64,000 nt of DNA, taken from positions 9,548,001 through 9,612,000 of the forward strand of contig CM102287.1 in the NCBI GenBank assembly GCA_046563655.1, written 5' to 3'. Source of the stretch: Yuukianura sp. NJ FZ-2021. Lineage: Eukaryota. This document shows, one piece after another, positions 24,001 through 39,000 of this stretch (the first letter of the stretch is position 1; each line of letters starts with the position of its first letter). Both the position numbers and the translations under genes were made by a program. The notes beneath the pieces are model-generated. The model was not told the origin of the DNA, made no database searches, and worked only from the letters and a program-made list of their open reading frames with translations.

Positions 24001-27000
24001 ACATGTTTTCTCAAGGAACTTGGATCTGTGTACCGCTTTGTACAATTTGGAACTTTACACTCGTACGGTTTCTAAAAAAGTAGAAAAAATTATTCAAAAT
24101 GTTCAAAATTTATAAAATTTAAATTTTGGCAATCGTTACCTCATCCGAGTGCGTTCTATTTTGATGCTTGGCTCGATCTGATGCATTTGTAAAAGACTTT
24201 CTACATGTAGGCACTTCACATTGATACGGTTTTTCTCCCGTGTGTGATCTAATGTGCGTCTTCAAATTTTCCAATCTTGAGTAAGCTTTGTAACACCCCT
24301 CAAACTACAACACAAAAACAAGAAACAAAAAAGTTAAAACACTTGAGAAAAATGGACTTGAAGTGAGCAGGTTTTTAGTAAATCGAGAGCAGGTAGATCC
24401 AATTCAAAATTTTATAATTCAAGACTTGTACATAAAACAGCGCTCCCGGCAATCGCCACTGTATTCACTCAATACTAAAAACTGTTTTAAAAAAATGTGC
24501 TGCTCACTTGCCAGCTACCGACCTGAATAAGTTCAAGTTAATTTCTTCATTTTTCTGTGACACAAAGGCTACTGAAATTATAGTACCGGAGCAACTCTAA
24601 TTTACGGGTCAAAAGAATCCACTTCACTTCCCCAGAAATTACACACCTCCTAATTCACGCCCTCTTTTAAATTACTTTTCAAAAACAAAATCAAAAACGA
24701 AGTTTTTCAAAATGAAAATTCTACTTTAAAGGAATCAAAATCTTTTAAACATTTAAAACCAAAGGGAATCCTAATACATTTTCACTTTCCCCGAGATAAA
24801 CAGAATAACAAAATTCCAAAATCCGGAGTCTCATTTTTAAAATCATAATTTCGAATTCCGTATTCCGTATTTCGGTTTCCAAATTTGAAAAAAATAACCA
24901 ACCAAAAAACAAAATAAAAAACAGCAACTACTTTTTTTTCAATAAATTAACTTCCTGTACAGAATCAATGTTTTTGTTAAAATTGTGAAAAAGTGTTCGG
25001 TGTTTTACCTGCAAATACGAAAATCCAAAATTTTTACTAAACTTGACTAAAAAGTAATGAACAAACGTTATTTTTGTAAAGTAATTTGTATAAAAACTGA
25101 AATAAAATTGTAGGAAAGTGTTGAAATTAGAGCTGACTGTAGAAACTGAAATAGTGGACGTGAATAGTTCTAGTCGTCTGTTGTTAGTAATTTACGACGT
25201 GAGTGTCCATAAAAGTGGATGGAGCTCATAAAAGAGTTAAGATGGTGGAAGATGACTTTGGGCTGGGTTTGCTTTTTAGTGAAATGACCGGAACGAAATT
25301 GCACAAGATGAAGATGTCTTCATCTCCCCTAACTTGTACTTTACGTTAGGTACTACCTTATGTTCCAAGGTGGAGGAAACGAAGCGAAGGAACTAACACT
25401 TAAATTGGCCGTGTTGCAACCAATTTTCACACATTCGCATCTTCCCAAAACATGATTTCTAATTAACAAAATTCCACACTCTCCTGCCATAAACTTTAAG
25501 CAATTGGAAACGGGAAATAAGGTGGTGAACACAGGCCAATTGTTAGTGTGACCACTTTCAAAAAAAAAGTTTTTGAAAACCATAACTTTTCTCACTTGTC
25601 ACGAAATTTCGAAATTCTTTTAAAAATTCTCATGAAACTGCAATTTTGAAAAACTTACAGTGCATTTGTGTGGTTTTTCAGCAGTGTGTCGACGCATGTG
25701 TACGACGAGCATGTAACCGGCCTTGAACGGTTTCTGTTCCCTCGTGCAGTCCTGCCAGCGACAAACGTAACTCTTCTTGTTAGTCTGAATGTGATCAGCG
25801 TTGATATGCTAGAAACAAAAAAGAAAGTTTCAAAATTTTCAAAATTTTAGTTTCTCTTTTTAAAAACTGTTCATTTTACCTGGACCAGTTCACATTGTGA
25901 CAGAAATTCCATTCCACATCCATCCCACTGGCAATGTCGCTCAATGAATTCCTCCGATTCGTCTTTGAATGCGTCACACTCTTGCATTGCACGACCATTT
26001 CGTACCGAACTAGTCGTCGTCGTCGCCGGTTCGCGTCTCACTCTCGGTTTTCTGCCACTTCCGGACGGTGATTCGTCAACTTCCATTGTACTACTCACAG
26101 CTCCTACTCCAGGAGAGCCCTTCGGGGTCAGTTGGCCCTTGAAAGAAAAAGAAAACGTCAATTTCATACAAACTCCTGCAATAATCGATCATTTTGTAAC
26201 AATGACTTGAGACCCTTAAGGGCCCCCTTACTTCTTGTTTAAGATTGAGTTGGTGGAGGTGGTGAGGGGTCATGTATAGCCCTGGATGTCCAGGAAAAGG
26301 CGACGGATGGAGAAATGATGCTCCGGAGAGGAAGTGGGCGTTGGGCAGAGATGCTGCCAGTGGATTTGACCTTAAAAGATGCTGCTGCAGTTGCTGCAAC
26401 GGAGTGTGACCTCCGAATCCAGCAGCCGAAAGTCCAGCCGATACACCGTACGCTGGAGAAATTCCGCCTGAATGGTCCATAAAGTATCCAGCAGTAGCTG
26501 AAAAACGAAAAAAAATCAACATTTTAGTCAAAAACCGAATTTTTTGCTTCCATCCATCAATTTTTTTTGCCTCCCATTTTCGCATCGCTTGTTACATACA
26601 ATTACTTGTAGAGTGAAAAACTACAAGCAATGACAGAAGGGGCCCTTAAGGGCTCCACTAAAGAATGGATCCTTATGATTTTAAACTTAAGGTAACTGTG
26701 ATAACCTGTGGTTAAACGGACTCTACAGAAATCATGAAAAAGAATCCAGTGACTTTGAATTTCTCCGCTCAAAAGAGAGACATGCTTTGTTTTTCCAAAA
26801 ATCGTGACTCAGGACTTCTTTTCAAATTTTTTCAACTCACAAATACCAAAATCATGGTCTCAGTATAATCTTTTCAATTTTTTAAAAATTTCAAAATCCA
26901 AAACACGAAATTTACACAGAGGAAACAACACATACACATTCGTCAAATTGAACAAACTTAAAATTAGCTTAAAAACTACCCCATTTCACCGCCATTTTTT

Positions 27001-30000
27001 AAACGGCGTCAATCTTTTACAAAAAATTCAAAAAACTGCGCTAATCTACCCGATTTGGAAAACTTTCACGCAGAACTACGTTATGTTTTGGATTCTCACC
27101 AGGCGAAAGATGTCCGAATGATCCGCTACTTGACCCGCGTGATCCATTGACCAACGAAACCAACGAATTCGGTGAAAACCGAATCATTGAATTGATATCC
27201 AGGGAATCCGAGTAGGGTGAACAGGAAAGTGCTCTCTTGCGGCCTTGTTGCCTTCCCCCGCCCCCTCCGCTTCCACGCGGACTCGGGTATCTTGCACCTT
27301 CAAAAAACAAATAAAAACACATTAATTAGTTTCAATCTCAATTAATTAATTCCCTGATTTATGTCTTCCCTTAACTTAAAAGTCATGAGGAATCCTCCCC
27401 CAGGGGTTGGGCCATTCCCTCCTCCTCCCCCGGGGGGAGGCAGTTTAAATGACTTAATTATTCTCAAAACAATGGAGAGCCCTGCTGAGTGACTTATGCT
27501 TAGCTTTTTTCATTTTGTTAAGTCCAACACTCCCTCCGTCTCTCACAAAAGCATCTTGGCTAAACCGGTTCCATTTTCTGGAGGATTAAACCTCATAATT
27601 TACAGGATTTACTTCTGGTTTCAGTTGCAACAATGCAACTAACCACTTCCATTCCAAATCTCAGCTCAGAAGGGGGGACCCTTCAAGGGCTCAGACATCA
27701 AAATCTAACATATTAGTTAAATTTTATATAAAAACTAAATAATTATATAATATAAATTATTAGTTTAAGTTAGGTCACTTACTGTCAAATGGAAACGGGA
27801 GGTCAGTTGCTCCAAAGGGGGCTGCTGCGTGGAGGTCACCGAGTGTGCGCGGACAGAATCCACCAGAAGTCATGTACTCCGGAGGCAGCAGACTTCCTGA
27901 CCCTAACATAACAAAAAGTCCTCCATTAGGATTATGTTTTCAAATTTGGAGAAGATTAAGGGCCTATTTTTCAATTTTTGAAAAAAGAGGGGGCCCTTAA
28001 TCCCTTGAGTCAACTCAACCAACGGAAACATTTAGAGAAGTTCAAATCATAACACCCGGGAGCCACCATTTTACAAATCTGTCACGCTTATTATGCTTTA
28101 TCTTAATTTAAGGTTAGGGTATGTACATGGTTTCAGGTTACGCCGGAAACATAACATGGTGGTGACCCTTGACATGCGGGGGCCCTTAAGTCATCATAAG
28201 CGGGAGTCCTTAAGTCCCGCATAACCGTCGTCACACCCGTCATCACTGCCGTCATGAATGACACAAAAACGTAATGTGAAAGGGTACACTACGTGCCCTT
28301 AGCCTCATCCCTCCAGATTAACAAAAATCCAAGTCCCCCCTATTGGTGACAACCGAAAAAAAAATGACGCGTGGATGTCAAAGTTCACTGGTGTCATCAG
28401 CAGTATAAAAAAAAACTAAAAACAGAAGTTTTTAAATTTTCAAAAAAAATCTCAAAAACTTTTTTTTTGAAACTGATCTGTTGAAATTCCTGAGCTGCTT
28501 CCCGTCATATCTGTCATCTCCCATCCTCGTTCCTTGTCACCCTTCGCATCTTTACGACTCTGATTCTGACTAATACTCTGATAACTCAGATCTCCTAAAA
28601 ACCCGGGAGAATTTAAAAACCCGGGAGACTTCAGTCGTAAAGTGACAACAAAGAATCCGACTTCCAATTTTCAACTGCGACCTTAAAGTCCCTGATTCCG
28701 AATCTCCGAATCGGAGCGTTTTCAAATCAAAGGAGCTCATAAAACAGTCACTTTGTGCTGAAACACTCATAAAAACCGAAAAATACCCGTTTTTTTTTGT
28801 CTGAGGGCCCATATGGAAAAAACATGGCATCACCCCTTCACTTTCTGCTGCATTTGGACGCAAATCCTTAACTCATTCTTCTTCTTTCTCCAAATGCCGA
28901 CAATCTAATTTTTCCAAACACATCTGCTTCCCACTTCATCAACACATTACGAAACAAACATAACCTAACAGCCTAAAAACCTTACCAAAACCTAACGAAA
29001 AGAGAATAGGCCTCATTTAACACACAACTAATCCCATTTCACCAGAAAAATTATTCATCCCGTCAGGATTCTCAAAATTTCAGGCACACTCTGCGCTCGC
29101 TTTCGCTTCATCGCGTGTCACTGAACCTCAAAACTTCGTTTTTTTTAACTTCTGAAAAATCGGATTCCTTTCACCATTTTTGGTAAAATTTTTAGCTAAA
29201 AGTAAACTCCGAATGAAAATAATTCCGGAATTCGAGAAGCCAAATTCAAGTAAAAATCATTTCAGATTGAATTTGGCTGCTACTTATCTGCTCAAAATGT
29301 TCTAACTTATGACACTCAAAATTTCGAAATTTAAAAAAACTGAATTGGATTTTGATAACATTTACTCTAAAAAACGTAATCGTGGTTTTGTGACTTTCAC
29401 TTTCATAAAATCCGTGTGCAATGTGCATCGTGTCCAATACTTTTTTCGAAATCCAAATAAACAACCGACTTCACTTTGTTCTTGTTCCATTTCAAATTTC
29501 AAAAAAAGGAACAACTTTTTCAGGTATTTTTAGCACTTTTCAGAAAGTGTGAACAATGTGGATCCTCTCCAGTCTCCAGCAGTGACACCCACATTTCAAA
29601 ATCCTCAAAAACGCAGTCACTCTCACTCACAAGTCACTGCAAAGTGCAGAGTCAGGAACCAACTCAATCGGCATGTCAATCACTCAATTTTTTTTGGCTA
29701 AAAGATTGCCAAATCCGAAATTTTGAAAGATTTTAACACCTTCAGAACTTTTTCCATAGACAACAGCGTGAAAATCGAACAGAAACAACTAAGATTTTTC
29801 GTCGTTCTCTACTCCTCGTTAATTCAGAGTCCTAAAATTTTGTGCCAAAATCCAAATCTGAAAATTTTGAAATTTGGAAAGAATTTGGTGTTACCTCGTG
29901 CATCTAGTGATGTGAGACCAAGTGAGGCTGAAGGGGACGTATGAAGGGCGTAGACTGCAGGGTCCATGAAGGGGGTGAGGCGACTGTAGGCTGCAGCAGT

Positions 30001-33000
30001 CGCTGCATTGAGCTCTGCTAACCCACCACTTCCAGAAAGCAAACCCTCCGGTCCACTCCGTCTTCCGAACAGCGACAGGTCAGGGATACTCGCACTTCCA
30101 CTCGCAGACAACCTAAATTCAACAAAATAAAATTATATTAATCTATATTAATTCAAAACTAATTATTATTCTCTACTTATTTAATTAAGTTAAAAGCTCA
30201 AAACGTGGAAAGAGAATGGCACAACTTAAAAATTTTTTAAAATTATTCAGCTTTCTCTTCACAACTTTTTTCACCGACGGTTTCATTTGTTAACTTTTTA
30301 ACATTTTGAAACTCTTTTTTTTTAACTTTGTTTTTCATTGTGAACTTTTCCCGGTGACTTTTTTTTGTCTAACTTCTTTTTTGATGTTGTGGTGAATGTT
30401 GTAAGTTTCAATTTCAACCACAAAGGAATTTTTCACGGTAGTTTTAGTATTAGCTGTTGTCGCTGTCTTTTTGTTGGACAATTCGATACCTCCTTCTGAT
30501 CTTTTTACAAACACGCTACAAATTCCAGTGGGAAACTTCATTCCAGCATCCAAAATCCAAAAAAAAATCCTGTTTTTTATCCAAGCTTAGCTTCAGACAA
30601 CAAGCGGAGTCTTTCAACCCCTTTGAATTTTAAAACCAAACTCAATTCATGAGGAAAAATGCTCTGGAGATGATCTTTTTTTCAGAAAAAAAAACTGGAT
30701 GATCTTTTTTCAAAAATCTGTTCCTCTTTTTAAATCTTAAATCCATTTTCTCAGAATCTGTTCTTTTCAAGTTCAAATGATCATCAAACATTCAAACCCG
30801 TTTTATCCAACATCCCAAAAATCCTTCACTTTTCTTTCAAAAAAACTTTCATTTTTTATACTTTTACAAAAACCTTGTTTTCAATTTTTGATTTCCGTGA
30901 AACAATTTGAGCTGAGAGCAAGTCTTTAGCCGTCAGTTTTTAATTTGTGAAGATGTTTGATTAGAAGATGAAGAAGAAGAAGCAGGAGATGAAGAAAATG
31001 CAAAGGAAAGAAGTGCCTGGAGGGTGGGTTCTGTCAAGGAGCAACCAGAAAGAATTGTTTCCACTTTGAGAATTCTCGTCAGGTCAGGAGAGGGGAGGAT
31101 TCGGCCGGTTCTTAAACTTTTTTAAATGAGACGCTTTTCTAAAAAACTTCATTTAGAAAATAAATACTTCAAATGAAGACCTCCAGACACCCAAAAATAA
31201 TGGATCTACTACAGCAGAGAGAACAATTGGAATTCTAAACAGGAAAAAACAAAAGAAGTTTTAAAAAAATGAGGACACGGAAGAGCCCTTCTCTCCTTCA
31301 CTCCAAACCTCATTAAATCCTACAGATTCAAACGAGATCTTTTACTACTAAACTTCAACTGCATGCAATCTGGAGTTCCCTGCAAAGGGCCCCCCTCCGC
31401 ACCCCACGTCACTTGAACCCCGCATCCCCACAGAAATCCCCGAATCCCCACTGAAATCCCCGCATCCCCACTAAAATCCCCACCGATGTCCCCGAACAAG
31501 GGCAGACTGCATACCGAGTTGTCCGGTCTCAAATTTTTAGACTTTTTACATTTTTCAAAGAAATGCTCACCCCCAGATTTGAAAGTTTCAGAAAATGCTC
31601 ATCCCTGGTTTGAAATTTTTAGAAAAAGCTCATCCCGGGTTCAAAATTTCAGAAAAAGCTCATCTCTTGTAGAAATCTTTACAAGTTCGTAACAATGGAA
31701 GATAGTTTCATCTTCTGTTCATCTTGCATGACTTCAGCTTCATTTCAACCTTCAACCTCCACAACTTCTACACAAAGTCCGATTTTTCCAAACAGTTGAA
31801 CTTCTTTTGAAATTGTGCTTACAAGTGATCTTATCCCAAGTGACCTGGACCATTTAACCTAAACGATACAAATTATGGGGAGAAAAATACCTCATTTCAC
31901 AACAAAATCTAAACTGTAGCAACTCAAATTGGCAGGTTCAAAAGTACAAAAACATTCCACACAAACAACCAAACACGAAACTTTACTCTTGCACGCATTC
32001 CTTCAACCTTGTACATTTTAACACTCCAAACTAAATGGGAAGAGACAAGGGAATTTGATTCCTAAAAACATTTGTCACATCACATCCACATTGTTTTCAC
32101 AAGAGAATCCAGTTGAAGCTAAAACAAAAACGACATTTGACATGACACGACTTACAAAAACCAAAAAAAGTTTTAAAAAAACTTCTTTTTTGAAATATCT
32201 TTGAATTTTTTGTAGAAATCTTTGAAACTGAAGCACAGCCTGCTGACATAAAGAATTCTTAAACCTCAACAGGAAAAGAAAAAAAGTGGAGGAAGATTCA
32301 CTGAGGCGCGAAAAACTGTTTTAAAACGACCAGCATGCAGAAGAGGGAAGGGAAAGAAGATGTGTTTGAAAATTCTAAATTTAGAACAAAAATTTTATTC
32401 ACTCACTTTTTCTCAAAAGTGTTGTGTTTTGGAACAACACAAAAAGTCTGCTGCACTTTTGACAATTTTCAACAGAACTTCTACTTTAGAATGACAAACC
32501 GCAAAGCAATCCAACTTTTTTGTCCAAAAATCTCCAACTTCAAGTCATCGTCTTTTCGAAATTCAAAAATTCTTCCTCGTTCTCGAGATTTTCAAAACTC
32601 GTTTATGCGATTTTTCAAAAACTCTGGCAAAAACGTCAAAAACTTTCAAAAAATTCTTCCAGTATAAAAAAAACTGGAAAATTTCACTTTCACCAACTTT
32701 CACTCACGTTCATGCCAAAACTCTTCACTTTGCCTTCACTCTGAGAAATTTTTCACACTTTCACGCCACCAATCGAAAACCATATTCGATGCTACGTACG
32801 TAATTCTATGAAAATCAGTTTTTCTTTGCACAGTAGGGTCCACCAACATTAAATTTCACTAAAGTGACTTTACCTCTGAAGGTCCTTGACCTCGTGACCT
32901 TGCCGACTTTTCCTGACGTTTACTCAATTGTTTCTAACTTTTTCTTGAGTTGGTTAAGGGTCCTTCCGGGAGGACTTGTAAAGTGTAAGTGAGAGGAATG

Positions 33001-36000
33001 ACTTTTCCTTAGTCCGTACAACTCCTCGGAGGCACGAGACTCAAATCCCCGACCACCCAGACACTTCAACTTACCACCAATTACACACTTTAGCACTGGC
33101 ACCACTCTGCACTGCACAAGTAATGCTGTACAACCCATATCATCACCAACTACTTTCATAAAATCCACTTCAGCTACTCATATCCCCCTTCTAAACAGCA
33201 GGAATTAGTCAAAAACCTTTTAAAACTTGGCATTTTTACACAAAATCCAAACCCAAAAAGTCCCATTTTCTGAAAACCCTTAGTTCTTTTTTTGAAAATG
33301 TTAAGTTTTTGAAAAACTTGTGAAAATGTCACTTTTTCTCGAAACTAAATCCGAGCAAAAGGGAACTGTAAAGTGTACAAATTAAGAGGAGTTCCATTGA
33401 TGAGTTATTGGAAAAAGGGGGACTTAAGGGCTCTTCGCACCGCTGGACCTCTGAAGGTGTTTCGAAAAAACTTTTTTGTTCTTTGATTTTTTGAAAAACA
33501 TGAGTTTCCTTTTAAGGACCAGCAGCAGAGTGTAATTTGTCCGGGGCCCTTAAGTGCGCAGGCGCAAAAGCAAGGAGTGGAAGTGATAATGACATAATTC
33601 TTAGGAGCCCTTATCACCCCCACTCATCAACCGGTGACAAACACTTCGCATTCCTTCACTTTTACTTACATATTGCTACCTTCCACAAAAATTCAAACAC
33701 AAATGCCTCAACTACCGAAAAAATTCACCCAAAAAAGCTCAACTTTCTGAATTTTTCAAAAATTTAGAAAAATATCTCTGGATTTCCTTAAGAAAAGCTT
33801 TTGTTTTTCAAAATTTTAGACAAGAAGCCTTTGTTTTTCCAAATTTTGAAAAAAAAGTACCGAACTGATCTTGAGGACCATAAAAGTTTACGATCCCATC
33901 TCAAGAATTTATGAGTTCAAACCGGTAAACGTTATCTCCGAGCGTCTCTTCGGTTCGATTTCAAAGGGCCCCCTTTCACTTCAAAGGGCCCCCTCTCATC
34001 CCAAATGAACTCCAAAAACAAATTTGAAGTTTCAATATAAACGGTTGAAAGTGCGTCTAAAATGGCCTCATAAATTTATATTTCACTTCCACCAATTACT
34101 TAAGGTCTGTGCAGAGCCCTTAAGGGACCTCCTAACTATTTCCAAGCCGGAGGTCACCTCAACCTGCCAAGAACCTTACCAACTCCAACCATAAAACTCA
34201 GAAACAATGTCACCCGAACAATGGAATCCAAAAATCCAAGAAGCCGAGGACAAGTGAATCTTCAATAACCTGAACCCAAGTACCCCCGAGGCCCTTGGTC
34301 CATTCAAACTGCCATTTCTCAAGGGACAGACACATTTTCTGGGGGTACTTAAGCCTAGGCTAAAATCTAACAAAGGGCCCTTAATCCTCCAACTTTCACC
34401 AAATCACTGTCCCTCCTTTGCTCTAATTTGACACCTGTCAAGCGGGGGGACTTAAGTCTAACATAAAACCTAGGCTAACATATGAGAATGTGGGGGTACT
34501 TAAGTACCCTCCTAGCAACTGCTTTGACCTTTGACCTGCAACTTGTTCCAGCTCTGCCTATATGTCAACGTCACCCATGCCCTTCCAGGCTAAATTCCTG
34601 CCTGAAATTGAACCCCGGGGGGACCAGGGGGCCCTTAATTCTCTTGGCATCTCTGTATAAAAGTTGCTCGGGGGCCCTTAAGCTTTTCTCTTCTCAGTTG
34701 GGTGCATCTCCAAAGAAACTTGTAACTGTCAGATCCTTGGACTTCTCGGCAGGCAGGGCCCTTGGAATTCTCCAGCCCAGGAGAGACAAAGAGTGAGACT
34801 GCTATGTTCAAGGGCCCCCTGACCAAAAGAGACATTTATTCAAATGTGGAAGGCGTTAGTTGCCTTAACACTGGACTGAGTAACAATGAGGATGACACGA
34901 CAAGAGGCGGCTAGCATGCAACATTTCCACTTCCGTTTTGCCAAGCCCTTTGCGTGTAAATTGGGCAGGGAAGGAGCGGAGGCCGGGCGGACAGAGCCCA
35001 ATCAAACCCACACTCAATTCATTAACTCCCGCTCTCAACCTAACCCCAACTTAAATACTCAATTCAAAATGGATACTCCCGCTCCGTAATTATCCAACAA
35101 ACGACCTCAAAATGTTCATCCACAGTCAAAAACTAAACTGAAAGTGGCCTAACTTGCCTAAACATAACCTCATCTTAGCCTAACATCACAAAAACTCTAC
35201 GAACCAATCAAAACGTTTCACTTTTCGGCGAATTCTGACGCAAATCTGTAGAAATTGACGTAAAAACTGAAATTCTCGGAAAAATTTCCTTACTAAAATT
35301 AAAATTTTTTGTAAAAATTTCTTTACAAAAACTGCAAATTCTTTGTAACTTTTTTACAATATAACTGAAAACAGTTGCACTCGACATTAAACTTTTTTCA
35401 TAGGAGTTGTTAATTCGTTCGTAAAAATTTGAAATTTTGGACGGAAATTATGAATTTATTTTGTAGTTTCAATTTACTTCTGTAGTAAATGCCTTCATTC
35501 GTTTGTAAAAATTTGCTGAAAAGTGAAGGAGTTACGAGTGCCAAGAGGTAAATGGCCTGTTTGGAGACAACTTTCTTAAACGTTGAAAGTTGAAATGTTG
35601 AAACCCTGTGCCCACTCACCGCCAAAACGCGATTATCTCCTGACTGGTGACTGTTTTTGTTACTTTTTCAGTTTGTATTTGTTGTGAGACAGTAAAAGTT
35701 AAGTTGTGGAGTGATTGATCGTTTAAATTTTGCAACACAGAATTTGATGACTTGATTTCCACTCCCTGCTAAGCCTCATCAGGTGGCAATTCCTTCCCAA
35801 GTCATTATCCACTCCTGCCTCCAAGCCATCTTCCCACAAAAACATCTTCCTCACTCTCCCAAACCCTCACTACTTCCCTCTCAAGCATCCAGCATCCAGT
35901 ATCCAGCATCTCAGGATTTAAAAACAACAATGGAAATGGAACATGATCATCATCACAACCTCTTCTCTCACAAAAATCCCAAAGTCCAATCTCAAATCTA

Positions 36001-39000
36001 CAGAAGCCCACAGATTATAATCATCTCACTCTCAATCCACATCAGCCATCCACCCCTGATTCATTTTCAGTTTCAAAAACCACAAAAAAACATTTTCAAA
36101 AAAAACTTCCAAAAAAGTAAAGTTTTTGAAAATTCATCTCTTTTCAACGCCCTTTTTAAGGTTAGCTGAATTAACTACCCTTCAACGCAAAAAATCTGAT
36201 TAATTCAAAATCAGGAATCATCAATTTGAACAAAGTAGGAAAAATTCTTACAATTCAATTCGAATTTGGAAAAACGAGATTTTTTGTGAGTTTTCAGATC
36301 ATGAAAATGGAAAAACTAGATTTTTTTTCGTTCCAAAATGAAAGTTGCGTGGGATTGTTTGAATTGAAGTGAAATCAATTCCTGTCACCTAACCGATTAG
36401 CCTTCTCAATTACTCTGTCCATTTCCAAGTGTCACTTGCATGTTAAAAGCACAGTCGAGAGAACAATAGACACCTCTTGACACTTTGGACACAATTAATG
36501 TCACACCTTAGACAATGACAAAACACGCTGTTTTTTTTTTTCAAACAAATTCCTTTCAACTTTTCACTCCCCAAAAAACAACAATAAAAAAACCGAAAAA
36601 AACACGCTTTTCAACTTTTCTAAACGCTAATTCCTTTTTGAAAAACTAAAACACTCAACTGTGTTACTCTACTGTCTAAATTTTGAGAATTTAGACACTT
36701 TTTATTTCAACATTTTTTAACTTGCCGTTTTTGAAAATTTATGAAAATTGCCTTTTCCTCTCCCTCCGTTTCATTTTATGAAAACGACTATTATAAAAAC
36801 CAAAATTCAAAATTTCCTCTCTCTTTTTATGATAATTCTATTTTGACATTTTAGAGGTAGAAATTGTGGGCACTTTGAGTTACTTTATGACCCTGACCTC
36901 TGTCCCCACTCTCAAAACTGTAAAAATCCAAGGGCCCTGTCCCTTTTCCCTACGATTTATGCCGAAGATCTTTTTGATATTTGTTAACTCCGTAACTTCC
37001 AGAAGTTGACACACAAAAGATGTTGGAGGGAGATTGAGGTAGAAAGAGCATCTGAATCAAGACTTCATCTTCCCTAAAAGAAGAAGACGCTTCTCAATTA
37101 CAGAGATGAAGGAAAAGCCAGGAGGGACAGGAAGGACAAGACAGCAGACGCCTTTGACCTCATGCCGATTCAACTTCACCCCCAAAATATAAATAACACT
37201 CCCCACCCCCTCTCTGGCTAACAAAAAAACACCCCCCCCCCTTCGGGTAACAAAAAAAACATACACCCTCCCCCCTCCGGGCTAAAAATCACCCACCCAC
37301 CCCACTGAAAAGAGAGAAAAACTCACCCCCTGGACTAAAAAATCTCAATTTTTCATCCGCCGCCCCCGTTCCTCGCTGTAGAGTTTTTTAAAAATTCAAA
37401 ACGTCAAACAGTTTACAGTTAAAAAAAAAAAAACTTTTTACCTGTTTTCAAAATTTTGAGAAACTGCTTTTTTCGGTTTTTAAACTTTTTCTAACTTTTA
37501 CACCAGCTAGGGAAGTTTTTAAAATTCTCCTACGTTTTTTTCAAATCCATGGTAGTTTGGCGGTTCACCTCACCTCTCAACTTGAGAGTCTCAAGTTTTC
37601 AAATAAGGTTTTTTAAGTTTTTCAGTTCTTTTTTTGTAATGAAAGGTAGGGATTCCGTTTCTTTTAAAACGTTTCTTGTTTAAATTCTGGAGCACAATAA
37701 ATTCATTATCTAAAACAATCTGATAGTTTATGAAGCTGCTGCTCTGGTTTTCTCGTTTCATTTTTTTTAAACAAAATCCAGATGCGAGGGGGTGAGTTTT
37801 TTTGTGAATGTCAAATCCTGTTTTAAAGCAGTTTCGTACAAGGAATGAAGAAGAAGCAGAAGCCCCCAGAGCATGAACGTAGGAGAGAATGACTTCATTA
37901 AAAGAGAGACAGAAGAGGGTTGAGTGCACTTTTTCCAAAGAATTAACCCTCCTTTTCTCATTTTTTCAGTTGTCTTGTGTAGAAAACCACAACAAAATTC
38001 ATTCACCCAAAATATGAATTAAGAGGTTCCATGCTTAATGGAACGAACACTTTCATCTTCATCTGTTCCCACTTTCTCAAAATCAAACAACAAAAACCAT
38101 TCAAACAACCAACAAATTTATGAACCTCATTCCAAACTTATTCCAACAAACAGAACACTTCTCTTTTCCAAATTTCAAACTTTAAACAATTTAAAGTTAA
38201 GCACTGCCTTCCTAAACTTCAAAAAACAGTCCAAGTGGGAAGCAGAACAAGGAACAGGGAAAAAAAAATTGAGAATCTCAATCTCACAATTTAGATTTTA
38301 AACTTTTTACTTTTTATAAAAACTTCAATGTTTTTCCAAATTTTGAAATACAGCGAACTTTTTTTTTGAATCGTGCATGACATGATCATGATCTTGAAAA
38401 TCTCACAAAGGAGGGAAACTTGGTTTACGGAGGAAAAAATGAGAACGGCCACTAAGCTTATCAAAAAATTGCAAATTTCGGCAACTTTAAACTTTTTACA
38501 TTTACTTTTTACGTTTTTACGGATTTTTACGATTTACAATTTACAAAATTTACGAAAAAGTTAAACCTTGTGAGTGAATCATTGCGCTTGACACTTCTTT
38601 TTGTTAGTTCGTAATTGTCCCTCGTCAAATGTCAAAATCATCATGTTCTTGATCATTTCTTTTTCCAAGAAAATTCTTTGTAACTTTTATCAGTAGTAAT
38701 TTTTTAAAAAGTGAAGTGGGCCCTTGAAAATATTTGTTCCGAGTCAAGTGTCCCTTCAAGTCCCCTGTTTTCCTTTTGTCCAACAACGTTACTCATCAGT
38801 TGTCACAATGCCAAACGTCATGTTTTCTTAAGCCTCAACACTCATGACCTCATCTAAACTTGTTCAATTTAACAAACACAACTACCAACTCTTTTTCAAA
38901 AAAAGTTTAAAAAAAGTATTTTTGAAAATGTTGGAACCAGAAGTCTGGAGGAAACTCGAGATTCGTTTTCCGCTGGGTTCCAGGGCCCCCCGTCCCTTAA

